Source of the DNA: an uncultured Faecalibacterium sp.
GTDB taxonomy: Bacteria; Bacillota; Clostridia; Oscillospirales; Acutalibacteraceae
Length of the DNA: 64,000 nt
Direction: 5' to 3'
Assembly: GCA_964403085.1 (NCBI GenBank)
Contig: CAYOEN010000002.1
Span: 7,715-71,714 of the forward strand
The position numbers and the translations under genes were made by a program. Below the pieces are notes generated by a model. It searched no databases, was not told the origin of the DNA, and was given only the letters and a program-made list of their open reading frames with translations. Position 1 is the first letter of the stretch, and each line of letters opens with the position of its first letter. Positions 24,721 through 34,066 of this stretch are shown here, piece by piece.

Positions 24721-27114
24721 TTGAACATTCGCAGCTTGTTAAACAGACAATTTATAATTCTTGACGGTGGATTTGGCACTTTCCTTCAAAACGAAGGCTT
24801 GAAACCCGGCGAACACACCGAAGCCTGGAATTTAAGCCATCCAGATGTTGTTCAAAGTGTTCATAAAAAATATTTTGATGCAGGCAGTAACATTGTCTGC
24901 GCCAACACTTTCGGCGCGAATGCGCTTAAATATTCCGACGAAGAACTCGAAGAAATTATTCGAGCCGCGCTTTTCAACGCAAGACAGGCAGCAAAAGCTT
25001 CTTCGGCTCCGCAGGAAAAATTTGTTGCGCTTGACATCGGCTCTCTCGGAAAGCTGTTAAAACCGTTCGGTGATCTTGATTTTGAAACCGCTGTTTCGGT
25101 TTTCGCGAAAAGTGTTCGCTTCGGTGAAAAACACGGTGCAGATCTTATCTTTATAGAGACGATGAACGACAGCTATGAAACTAAGGCCGCTCTCCTGGCT
25201 GCAAAAGAGAACAGCTCGTTGCCGGTCTTCGTCACCAACGCCTACAGTGAGGACGGAAAATTAATGACAGGCGCAACACCGCAGGCGATGGTTGCCATGC
25301 TCGAAGCCATGGGCGCGGATGCTGTCGGCGCAAACTGTTCCCTTGGTCCGAAGCAGCTTGAAGCCGTTGCAAAACAGATGCTTTCCTGCGCTTCGGTTCC
25401 GATAATTATGAAGCCGAACGCCGGCATGCCGCGAACAGTTGACGGAAAAACAGTTTTTGACGTCTCTGCCGACAGTTTTTGCGAAGAAATGGAAAAACTT
25501 GCGTCCCTTGGTGTTTCCGTTCTCGGCGGCTGTTGCGGAACAAACGACAGATACATCGAAAAACTTGCCGATAAAGTTAAAAACGTCTGCTTTTCGCCGA
25601 TTCAAGAGAAAAGCATGACGGTGGTTTCTTCTTACACGCACGCCGTTTCGTTCGGTAAAAAGCCATTGCTTATCGGTGAAAGGATCAATCCGACCGGCAA
25701 AAAGCGTTTTAAACAGGCGTTGCTCGAAAACGATATCGGTTATATCTTGCGCGAAGGACTTTCGCAACAGGAAAACGAAGCGGACATTTTGGATGTTAAT
25801 GTCGGCATACCGGAGATTGATGAATCGCGAATGCTGACAACTGCTGTTTTTGAGCTTCAAAGCATTATTGACCTTCCGTTACAAATAGATACATCGGATA
25901 TTGCGGCGATGGAATCCGCGCTCAGAATATACAACGGAAAAGCCATGATAAACTCCGTCAGCGGCAAGCAGGAAAGCATGGATGCGGTTTTTCCGCTCGT
26001 AAAAAAATACGGCGGCGTTGTAACTGCTTTGACCCTGGACGAAAACGGAATACCCGAAACCGCCGAAGAAAGATTTAAAATCGCCGAAAAAATCCTCAAC
26101 AGAGCCGCTGAATACGGAATCGACAAAAAGAATATTGTTTTTGATACGCTTGCAATGGCTGTGAGCGCAGAACCTACCGCGGCTCGAGTTACCATTAATT
26201 CGCTCGAAAAAATCCGTCGCGAGCTCAAATGTCATACAAGCCTGGGCGTTTCAAATGTTTCTTTCGGCTTGCCGGGTAGGGGAATGTTGAATTCTTCCTT
26301 CTTTCTCCTTGCTCTCGAAGCCGGTCTTTCGGCGGCAATATTGAATCCTCTCAGCGAAGACATGAAAAGAGCGTACAAATCCTATTGTGCCCTTTGCGGT
26401 TATGACGACGGATTTAAGAAGTATATTGAATTTTCTTCACTGAATCAAACTGAACCTTCAAATGTTAAAAACGCGAACGCCGGGGACACCTCTTCTCTTT
26501 TGCGCTGCGCTATTGAAAAAGGATTGAAGGAAGAGGCGGGTGAACTTTGCTCTTTGCTCCTTCGTGAAAACGATGGACTTCAAATTATTCGCAACATTGT
26601 CATTCCGGCTCTTGATACGGTCGGACGCGGCTTCGAAGAAAAAAGTTTATATCTTCCGCAGCTTTTGATGAGCGCCGAAGCAGCAAAAGCCGCTTTCGAA
26701 AAAATCAAGGCTTCGCTTTCAAAAAACGAAAAAGCGGAACCTTCTGCCTCTTTTCCGATCGTGCTTGCCACTGTTAAAGGTGACGTTCATGATATTGGAA
26801 AGAATATTGTTAAGCTTCTTTTGGAAAACTACGGCTATGAAGTCATTGACCTCGGAAAAGATGTTTCCGAAGAAAAAATCGTTAAAGCTGCCATTGAAAG
26901 CGGTGCGAAACTTGTCGGCTTAAGCGCTTTGATGACAACTACCGTTCCGGCTATGGAAAAAGCTATAAAAGCACTTAATCAATCTGTGCCCGATTGCAAA
27001 ACCGTTGTAGGCGGCGCCGTTCTGACAAAGGAATATGCCGAAAAAATCGGTGCCGATAAGTATTCGAAAGATGCCATGGAGACCGTGAGATACGCCGAAG
27101 CATTGTCAAAATAA
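24721..27114 (+). CDS. metH: cobalamin-dependent methionine synthase (Hcy, pterin, cap and B12 domains; no activation domain)
   Basis: Zn-site GGCCGT, a pterin-binding barrel, B12 motif GDVHDIGKNIV (DxHxxG) and SALMTTT. Starts at TTG after AGGCAGGTG. Confidence 0.9.
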   Translation: MNIRSLLNRQFIILDGGFGTFLQNEGLKPGEHTEAWNLSHPDVVQSVHKKYFDAGSNIVCANTFGANALKYSDEELEEIIRAALFNARQAAKASSAPQEKFVALDIGSLGKLLKPFGDLDFETAVSVFAKSVRFGEKHGADLIFIETMNDSYETKAALLAAKENSSLPVFVTNAYSEDGKLMTGATPQAMVAMLEAMGADAVGANCSLGPKQLEAVAKQMLSCASVPIIMKPNAGMPRTVDGKTVFDVSADSFCEEMEKLASLGVSVLGGCCGTNDRYIEKLADKVKNVCFSPIQEKSMTVVSSYTHAVSFGKKPLLIGERINPTGKKRFKQALLENDIGYILREGLSQQENEADILDVNVGIPEIDESRMLTTAVFELQSIIDLPLQIDTSDIAAMESALRIYNGKAMINSVSGKQESMDAVFPLVKKYGGVVTALTLDENGIPETAEERFKIAEKILNRAAEYGIDKKNIVFDTLAMAVSAEPTAARVTINSLEKIRRELKCHTSLGVSNVSFGLPGRGMLNSSFFLLALEAGLSAAILNPLSEDMKRAYKSYCALCGYDDGFKKYIEFSSLNQTEPSNVKNANAGDTSSLLRCAIEKGLKEEAGELCSLLLRENDGLQIIRNIVIPALDTVGRGFEEKSLYLPQLLMSAEAAKAAFEKIKASLSKNEKAEPSASFPIVLATVKGDVHDIGKNIVKLLLENYGYEVIDLGKDVSEEKIVKAAIESGAKLVGLSALMTTTVPAMEKAIKALNQSVPDCKTVVGGAVLTKEYAEKIGADKYSKDAMETVRYAEALSK

Positions 27115-27174
27115 TTTGCAATGGTTTGAAGGTCATGTTTTTCCAATCAAAAAAATGAATCGAGGTTAAAAAAG

Positions 27175-27483
27175 ATGGAAATAAAGCTTACCGAAAATAA
27201 TTACGATGAATTTGTTGCCAATAACGATAAGCTTGTGCTTATTGATTTTTGGGCTGACTGGTGCGGACCGTGTAGAATGATCGCACCGATCATTGAAGAA
27301 ATTTCGGAAGAACGCAGCGATATTACCGTTTGCAAGGTCAATGTTGACGATGAACCAGCGCTCGCGGAAAGATTCGGCGTCAGGTTCATTCCGATGTTGG
27401 TCGGAATGAAAAACGGTGAAATTATCAATTCAACCACCGGTTACCACGAAAAAGAAGAAATACTTTCGCTCCTGGAGGGCTAA
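27175..27483 (+). CDS. trxA: thioredoxin
   Basis: WCGPC active site, 102 aa. Confidence 0.9.
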   Translation: MEIKLTENNYDEFVANNDKLVLIDFWADWCGPCRMIAPIIEEISEERSDITVCKVNVDDEPALAERFGVRFIPMLVGMKNGEIINSTTGYHEKEEILSLLEG

Positions 27484-27486
27484 TTA

Positions 27487-27684
27487 ATGAAAATCAGGCT
27501 TAACGAGAACGAAGAATTGGTAAGAACCGTTAAAGAGGGTCTTGAAAAAAACAACGGCTTTTGTCCTTGTATGCGCGAAAAAAGCGAAGAAACCAAGTGT
27601 ATGTGCAAAGATTTTCGCGAAAAAATCAAAGATCCGCAATTTGAGGGTTATTGCCACTGTATGTTATACTACAAGGAGAAATAA
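27487..27684 (+). CDS. ferredoxin-thioredoxin-reductase catalytic-subunit-like small Cys-rich protein
   Basis: 65 aa with CPC-x9-CMC-x16-CHCMLY. The CPC and CHCML motifs are the FTR catalytic-chain hallmarks. It lies 3 nt after trxA. Confidence 0.6.
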   Translation: MKIRLNENEELVRTVKEGLEKNNGFCPCMREKSEETKCMCKDFREKIKDPQFEGYCHCMLYYKEK

Positions 27685-27867
27685 AGGCTTTTTCTCAATC
27701 ATTCAGGAAAAGCCCAAGAAGCGGAAAACGAAGCAGTCGCCGTTGCGCGGCTGCTTTCTGATATATGTCGTTCTCTTTCGGTTAAAAATTTTCAATAATA
27801 AACTTGCCTCATCAACTTACCCACGCTTTTCTCTTTACAAAAAGAAAAAAGTGTGATACTATATAAG

Positions 27868-27881
27868 CGAACAAATGTTCG
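27868..27881. promoter_or_regulatory. LexA (SOS / Cheo) box
   Basis: CGAACAAATGTTCG is a perfect match to the Firmicute CGAAC-N4-GTTCG consensus, 17 nt upstream of the dinB ATG. Confidence 0.8.
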
Positions 27882-27897
27882 GAAAGAGGCATGTTAA

Positions 27898-29145
27898 ATG
27901 GCAAACAGAATTATTCTTCACTGCGATTTAAATAATTTCTTTGCTTCGGTTGAATCTATCGACTGTCCTGAATATAAAAACGTTCCGATGGCGGTTTGCG
28001 GCGACGTCAAAGACCGCCATGGTATTGTGCTCGCAAAAAACGAAAAAGCAAAAAGTTTCGGCGTCAAAACAGCTGAGACGATTTGGCAAGCTAAAGAAAA
28101 ATGTCCGACACTGGTAATTGCGCCGCCTCATTATGAAAAATACGTTCAATATTCAAAGGCGGTTCGTACCATTTATGAACAATATACCGATAAGGTCGAA
28201 CCGTTCGGAATGGATGAGTGCTGGTTGGATGTGACCGGAAGTCTTCTCCTTTTCGGCAGCGGAAAAAATATTGCGAACGAAATCAGAAGGCGAGTTAAAA
28301 AAGAGCTCGGATTGACGATTTCTGTCGGAGTGAGCTTTAACAAAGTTTTTGCGAAACTTGCTTCCGATATGAAAAAGCCGGATGCCGTAACGGTAATAAG
28401 CGAAGAAGATTTCAAAGGCGTAGTTTGGCCGTTGAAAATCGAAGAAATGATCGGTGTCGGGAAAAGCACAAAAAAGCGATTGAATGATCTCGGTATATAT
28501 ACCCTCGGAGACCTTGCCGCCGCCGATTCATTGCAGATGAAGCGAATGCTCGGAAAAATGGGTCAACAGCTTTGCAACGCAGCTGCGGGAAAAGACCTTG
28601 CTCCGGTTCTCTCAAATGTTGAATTGCCAAAAGCAAAAAGCTACGGTCGAAGCATCACCGGAGCACACGACATGACAAAGACAAAAGAAGTTGCCGATAT
28701 TTTGCTCTATCTTTCGGAAAAGGTTTCCTCGTCGCTTCGGGCGGGTCGTGTTATGGCAACAGCTGTTCAGCTTCATATTCGCGACGAAGAACTTTCGGTT
28801 CATGAGTGTCAGGCGAAACTTTCTCAACCGACGAGGATAACGGAAATGATTTTTTCGAGCGCAATGGAGCTGTTTTCTTCTGTTTGGTTCTGGGATTGCA
28901 ATATCCGTTCGGTGGGTGTTCGCGCGTTTGATCTTGTTCCCGAAGATGATTTTTCGCAATACAATCTTTTTTATGACAGCTTGCGTTATGAAAAGCTCGA
29001 AAGGTTGGAAGCTGAGGTATACAAAATTTGCAAAAAATATGGAAACAGAGCCGTCTTTCACGCTTCAACAATGAATCTTTCGATTCCAAAGGAAGACACA
29101 CCGGCGTTTACCGACATTCGTTTTATGGCAAAAAATCAGCATTAA
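27898..29145 (+). CDS. dinB: DNA polymerase IV (Y-family)
   Basis: Motifs HCDLNNFFASVE and SVGVSFNKVFAKLASD, 415 aa. Confidence 0.9.
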   Translation: MANRIILHCDLNNFFASVESIDCPEYKNVPMAVCGDVKDRHGIVLAKNEKAKSFGVKTAETIWQAKEKCPTLVIAPPHYEKYVQYSKAVRTIYEQYTDKVEPFGMDECWLDVTGSLLLFGSGKNIANEIRRRVKKELGLTISVGVSFNKVFAKLASDMKKPDAVTVISEEDFKGVVWPLKIEEMIGVGKSTKKRLNDLGIYTLGDLAAADSLQMKRMLGKMGQQLCNAAAGKDLAPVLSNVELPKAKSYGRSITGAHDMTKTKEVADILLYLSEKVSSSLRAGRVMATAVQLHIRDEELSVHECQAKLSQPTRITEMIFSSAMELFSSVWFWDCNIRSVGVRAFDLVPEDDFSQYNLFYDSLRYEKLERLEAEVYKICKKYGNRAVFHASTMNLSIPKEDTPAFTDIRFMAKNQH

Positions 29146-29229
29146 ATTATTGATGATATATTTAGAAATTGGCTGTACATTTTATTTTTAATGTGTTAGA
29201 ATACTATACAAATCGAGTCGGAGGTCAGT

Positions 29230-30660
29230 ATGGAAAACAGTACTTTTATCTTACCGAAGTTTGAACTTGATGATGCGTTTGAACTTTTCGGAAAATGCGA
29301 TTTCAAATTCAAAGCACTTCAAGACCAAAAAGCTGAAATTTCTTTTGATGTCGATTCTTTTTCTCTCGTGATAACCCTTTCCGATTGCAAAATTTCACCT
29401 GAATATCCAAGCTGTACCTACAACGTAAAAAAAGAGTTTTCGTCGCTCGAAACGCACGAAAAAGAAAGCCGACTTTATTTTTCGAGTGATGTTTACAATT
29501 TTAACGGCGAGCTGCTTCGTAACGATAATGTTACTGTTGTGTTTAAAAATGCACAGTTTGAACTCAAAGTTTATGACGCCTTTAAATCTCTGCCGTTTTA
29601 TTCCACGCAACCGTGGAAACAGCTCGGCGCCGCGTGTGCGGTTATTAAAAACAGGGGCGAACTTTCATTTGCGCTTTTAAACCAAAAAGAAAAAGAGCTT
29701 TTTGAGCTTGTTGATTTCATTTTTTGGATATCCGTCTCCGATACGCCCGACGAAGCCAGGAAATCGCCAGAAATTTTTCGAAATCTTGCAAAGGAATGCA
29801 AAGCCGGCAAAATTGAACTTTTGTTGAAAGAGAAATCTTCAATTTCGAAAGATGTAAAGAAAAAGCTGTTTTTTGATGCGCTGAAAAACCCGGACACCGA
29901 ACAGCTTTTCAGAAAAATTAAAAAGTTAATTGTCGATACGCAGGAAGGATATTCTGTACCTGCCGATGAAACCCTTTTGAATAAATTTGAGCAAACAAAA
30001 AAATATGTTTCAAGAACGCTTTATCGCCTTGGTTATAACGGAGAATATCCGCATTTTTTCAAAACAACAGGTGTTAAGTGCGCAACATTTGTTTCATATG
30101 ATTCGTTTTACACTGTGATAAATGAAAAAAGCTCAATTTCATGCGTTGATTTTTTTGAAAACTTCACAAAAGACGGAGCTGAAATAATCGCCAACAGTTC
30201 AATTGGATTTTTCAAAAACAAAGACGCCGAAGATGTTGACGATGTGACCTGCGGCTTTGACGCAAAAGGAAAAAGCCGTGTGAGTCAAACGGTGTGCAGC
30301 ATATCTTCATTGCAGGGGGAAACGTATGTTGAACCCGACACCGTAAAAGAGCTTTGCGTCATTGCCGCAAAAAAAGCAGAGCTGAAAAAGCTTTCAAACT
30401 CCGAAGTCGGAAATATGCCGTCTTCAACATCGGAAGTGAGCAGATACATTTTTGTGGGAGTGTTAAGCGGCTTTCTTTTTGCGGCTTTGTTTGTTCCGGC
30501 AATGGTCCTTTTCACTGTAATTACCGAAGGAGACATTTCGTTTCTTGAAGAAATAAAGAGTTCGTTCTGGAAACATGCTTTCTTAGTGATCGCCGCTCTC
30601 TTTGGCGCGTTAATGACGCTTGCGTTGTTTATTACAAAAAGAGTTGCACGAAGACGATAA
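29230..30660 (+). CDS. hypothetical protein with two C-terminal transmembrane helices
   Basis: 476-aa ORF with RBS GGAGG. It has a ~400-aa soluble region with no motif I recognise, then two hydrophobic helices and an RRR tail. Confidence 0.6.
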   Translation: MENSTFILPKFELDDAFELFGKCDFKFKALQDQKAEISFDVDSFSLVITLSDCKISPEYPSCTYNVKKEFSSLETHEKESRLYFSSDVYNFNGELLRNDNVTVVFKNAQFELKVYDAFKSLPFYSTQPWKQLGAACAVIKNRGELSFALLNQKEKELFELVDFIFWISVSDTPDEARKSPEIFRNLAKECKAGKIELLLKEKSSISKDVKKKLFFDALKNPDTEQLFRKIKKLIVDTQEGYSVPADETLLNKFEQTKKYVSRTLYRLGYNGEYPHFFKTTGVKCATFVSYDSFYTVINEKSSISCVDFFENFTKDGAEIIANSSIGFFKNKDAEDVDDVTCGFDAKGKSRVSQTVCSISSLQGETYVEPDTVKELCVIAAKKAELKKLSNSEVGNMPSSTSEVSRYIFVGVLSGFLFAALFVPAMVLFTVITEGDISFLEEIKSSFWKHAFLVIAALFGALMTLALFITKRVARRR

Positions 30661-30765
30661 TATATCAAGAAACGATTTATATCACGCGTTTTTTTTGACA
30701 GGTAGCAAAGTTTCTTTATATGTGTTTTCTTTCTATATATAGCGTATCTTTTCGGAGGTCTTAAA

Positions 30766-32235
30766 GTGGTATTTTCGAACCTGTTCTTTCTCTATTTTTT
30801 CTTTCCGCTTAGCTTAATATGCTATTTTTTCGCCAAAGATCTTAGGCAAAAAAATATTGTTATGCTCGTGTTTTCCCTGTTCTTTTATGCGTGGGGAGAA
30901 CCGAAGTATGTTTTTTTGCTTATTTTTGAGTGCTTCGCGGACTGGCTTCTTGCGTTATATATAGAAAAATTTCGTGGCACAAAACGGTCGAAATTTCTGC
31001 TTGTTGCCGCGTGCGTTGTTGACCTTGGTCTGATTGGCATATTCAAATATCTGACCTTCATTCTTACGAATGTCAATTCCCTTACCGGCTTTCCGGAAAC
31101 GATTCCGCAAATTGCTCTGCCTATCGGAATTTCATTTTATACATTCCAACTGTTGTCATATGTGATAGACGTTTATCGAGGAGATACCGATGCGCAGAAA
31201 AAGTTTTGGTATGTTCTTCTTTATGCAAGTCTTTTTCATCAGTGCATCGCAGGTCCGATCGTTCGTTACAGCGATGTTTGCTACGAAATTGAAAACCGAA
31301 AAACAAACCTAACGGAAATGTCAAAGGGCATAACGCGTTTTTCTGTCGGTCTTTCAAAAAAGGCGCTGCTTGCAAACACTTGCGGTTCGCTCGCGGATAC
31401 GATTCTGTTGTCGGATTCCGCTCTTGCGGTTGCGTCGGATCTTGAAAAAAATCTTGCCGTTCTCGAAAGCAGACCTGCTCTCGGTCTGTGGCTTGGCATG
31501 ATTTTTTATATGCTGCAAATTTATCTTGATTTTTCCGCCTATTCCGATATGGCAATCGGTATGGGTCAAATGATAGGCTTTCATTATAAAGAAAATTTCG
31601 ATTATCCCTATTGTTCAAAGAACGTGACCGAATTTTGGCGAAGGTGGCACATTTCGCTCGGAACCTTCTTCCGCGATTACGTTTATATCCCTCTCGGAGG
31701 AAGCCGAAAAGGACTTTCAAGAACCATTATAAACACCTTTATTGTTTGGGCGCTGACAGGTCTTTGGCACGGCGCAAGTTGGAATTTTGTTTTTTGGGGA
31801 TTATACTTCTTTGCCTTTTTAACAATGGAGCGTCTCTTCCTTCGGGAAAAGCTTGACAGATTGCCCGGTTGGGTGTCTCATGTTTATCTTTTGTTGGTTT
31901 CGCTTTTCGGTTGGATAATTTTCCGTTTCCGCGACGTAAAACTCGGCTTTGCGGTCTTTAAGGGTATGTTTGGACTTTCCCAAAACGGTTTCACCAATTT
32001 TGAAATTAACGCCTTGTTGAAAAACAACATTGTTTTTCTTTTTGTTGCCGTTGTTGCCTGCACACCGTTCATGAAAAATCTCGGAAAGCTCATCACGAAT
32101 AAAGCTCGTAATGATGCCGACACGGCGTTCTTTAACGTCGTTCGAAAAATCATCGTTCCGCTCGCTCTCCTTGTCTTTTCGACGTTTTCTCTTGTCGGAG
32201 ACAGCTATAACCCATTCCTTTATTTTCAATTCTAA
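30766..32235 (+). CDS. MBOAT family O-acyltransferase (AlgI/DltB/PatA-like)
   Basis: Polytopic protein with a conserved His region WHISLGTFFRDYVYIPLGG. GTG start after GGAGG. Confidence 0.85.
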   Translation: MVFSNLFFLYFFFPLSLICYFFAKDLRQKNIVMLVFSLFFYAWGEPKYVFLLIFECFADWLLALYIEKFRGTKRSKFLLVAACVVDLGLIGIFKYLTFILTNVNSLTGFPETIPQIALPIGISFYTFQLLSYVIDVYRGDTDAQKKFWYVLLYASLFHQCIAGPIVRYSDVCYEIENRKTNLTEMSKGITRFSVGLSKKALLANTCGSLADTILLSDSALAVASDLEKNLAVLESRPALGLWLGMIFYMLQIYLDFSAYSDMAIGMGQMIGFHYKENFDYPYCSKNVTEFWRRWHISLGTFFRDYVYIPLGGSRKGLSRTIINTFIVWALTGLWHGASWNFVFWGLYFFAFLTMERLFLREKLDRLPGWVSHVYLLLVSLFGWIIFRFRDVKLGFAVFKGMFGLSQNGFTNFEINALLKNNIVFLFVAVVACTPFMKNLGKLITNKARNDADTAFFNVVRKIIVPLALLVFSTFSLVGDSYNPFLYFQF

Positions 32236-32249
32236 GAGGGGAGATTGCA

Positions 32250-33581
32250 ATGAAAAAACGTAAATACAGCAAAAGTTATATCCGTTTTGTCAAAAAAAGT
32301 GTAAAATTATATAAAGTAATTTTGCCATGTGCTTTTTTCGGTCTCCTCATTCTCGGACTTTTTGTGTCGTTGCTTTTTCCCTTGCGACCAAAGTATTCGG
32401 AAAACGAAAAGCGTGAGCTCGCAACCTTTCCTGCGTTCAGTTTTTCTTCCCTCGCAAGCGGAGATTTCTTTCGCGGTATTGACACATGGTTTTCCGATAC
32501 CTTTCCGTTCCGCGAAGCGATGATAACCGCCAACGAAAAACTCGTCGCTTTGCGCGGCTTCGGTGACAGAGTTTACGGACTAAACGACGAAAACGTAGAA
32601 GCTCCCGTTCCACCGATAAATTCGGATGTCACGACAACAGAACCTCAAATAACTCAGGAAGAACCGACCGTTCCGGATCAGCTTGGCGAAGTCACTCAAA
32701 AGCTTTCAAGCATTGTGGTTGTCGGAGACACCGGATATGAATACTGCTCTTTCAATCAAACCGCTGCCGACCAATATGTTTCAATCGTCAACAAAACCGC
32801 CCAAAAACTATCGGGAAAAGCGAAAGTGTATACAATGCTTGTTCCGACAAGTATTGATATCACCATGTCCGACAGCGTTCGAAAAAACATGAACACGAGC
32901 GACCAAAAAGCAGCCATCGAATATATTTCCTCTTCTTTTTCCGAATCGGTAACCAATGTTGATCTCTATACAGCAATGAGAATGCACAGAGACGAATATA
33001 TATACTATCGAACCGACCATCATTGGACGGCACTCGGAGCTTATTACGCCTATGAGCAATTTGCTGCGACGCGCCAAATCAAAGCCGTTTCGCTCGAACG
33101 TTTCGAAAAAACAAACTACGGTGAATTTCTCGGCTCCTTTTACACAAACACAAATAACAGCGCAATGAAGAAAAATCCCGACGAGCTTATCGCGTATGTT
33201 CCGCCCTACAAGACAACATTGAAATACACCGACACCTCGGGTGGCGTCGTTGACTGGTTCCTCGTGAATGATGTTTCCTCTTATCCTGTCTCACAAAAGT
33301 ACAGCGCCTTTACAGCAGGGGATAATCCATACACTGTTATCGAAAACCTGAATCGAAAAAAAGGCAGAACCTGCGTAATTGTTAAGGAAAGCTTTGCAAA
33401 TGCTCTTATTCCTTATATGGTCTATAATTACAAAAAGGTCTATGTCGTTGATTATCGTTACTATAACCAAAGTTTTGTTGAGCTCGCCGAAAAGGTTGGA
33501 GCCAAGGATGTTATCTTTATCAACAACATGTCTGCCGTTCGCAACGAAACTCTTATGAACAGAATGAACGCTATAAGCTGA
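32250..33581 (+). CDS. DHHW family protein (AlgX/AlgJ-like SGNH partner of MBOAT)
   Basis: N-terminal membrane anchor and signature YRTDHHWT. Confidence 0.8.
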   Translation: MKKRKYSKSYIRFVKKSVKLYKVILPCAFFGLLILGLFVSLLFPLRPKYSENEKRELATFPAFSFSSLASGDFFRGIDTWFSDTFPFREAMITANEKLVALRGFGDRVYGLNDENVEAPVPPINSDVTTTEPQITQEEPTVPDQLGEVTQKLSSIVVVGDTGYEYCSFNQTAADQYVSIVNKTAQKLSGKAKVYTMLVPTSIDITMSDSVRKNMNTSDQKAAIEYISSSFSESVTNVDLYTAMRMHRDEYIYYRTDHHWTALGAYYAYEQFAATRQIKAVSLERFEKTNYGEFLGSFYTNTNNSAMKKNPDELIAYVPPYKTTLKYTDTSGGVVDWFLVNDVSSYPVSQKYSAFTAGDNPYTVIENLNRKKGRTCVIVKESFANALIPYMVYNYKKVYVVDYRYYNQSFVELAEKVGAKDVIFINNMSAVRNETLMNRMNAIS

Positions 33582-33644
33582 CGAGAATATACCTTAAAAA
33601 CCGTATGGGATTCGACTCTCATCAACTTAAGAAAGGAAATAAAT

Positions 33645-33947
33645 ATGATAAAACACGTTGTTATGTGGAAATTCAAACCCTTTGCCGAAGGAAAAACAAA
33701 GCAGGAAAACCTTCTTCTCGTAAAATCAATGCTCGAAGCACTTCCGAAGAAAATTGATTTTCTTCGTTCGATGCAGGTGAATTTAAACGTCAACCCGAAA
33801 GAGTCGATGTTTGACGCTGTGTTGATCAGCGAATTTGACACGCTTGACGATGTTTTGAAATATCGGGAACATCCGGAGCACAAAAAGATATCATCGTACG
33901 TTGCTCTTGTTCGCGAGGCTCGTGCGGCTGTTGATTTTGAATTCTAA
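33645..33947 (+). CDS. Dabb (stress-responsive alpha/beta barrel) family protein
   Basis: 100 aa, starts MIKHVVMWKFK, dimeric alpha/beta-barrel family pattern. Confidence 0.8.
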   Translation: MIKHVVMWKFKPFAEGKTKQENLLLVKSMLEALPKKIDFLRSMQVNLNVNPKESMFDAVLISEFDTLDDVLKYREHPEHKKISSYVALVREARAAVDFEF

Positions 33948-33983
33948 ATTTTAAAATGTTTAATTTTCTTTTGGCTCTTTTTA

Positions 33984-34013
33984 TTGACAATCAGTGAACA
34001 GTAGTGATATAAT
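33984..34013 (+). promoter_or_regulatory. candidate promoter of the esterase gene
   Basis: TTGACA, 18-nt spacer, TGATATAAT (extended -10). Confidence 0.5.
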
Positions 34014-34066
34014 ACTCTTAAAGAACTACACCGCCTTTTCTGACGGTGAGAAAAGGAGAAAGTATC

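Noticed and set aside
27542-27856. 104-aa ORF overlapping the FTR-like gene and the dinB upstream region
   Set aside because: It is out of frame with a motif-bearing gene, runs across terminator-like hairpins and the dinB promoter, and has no RBS.
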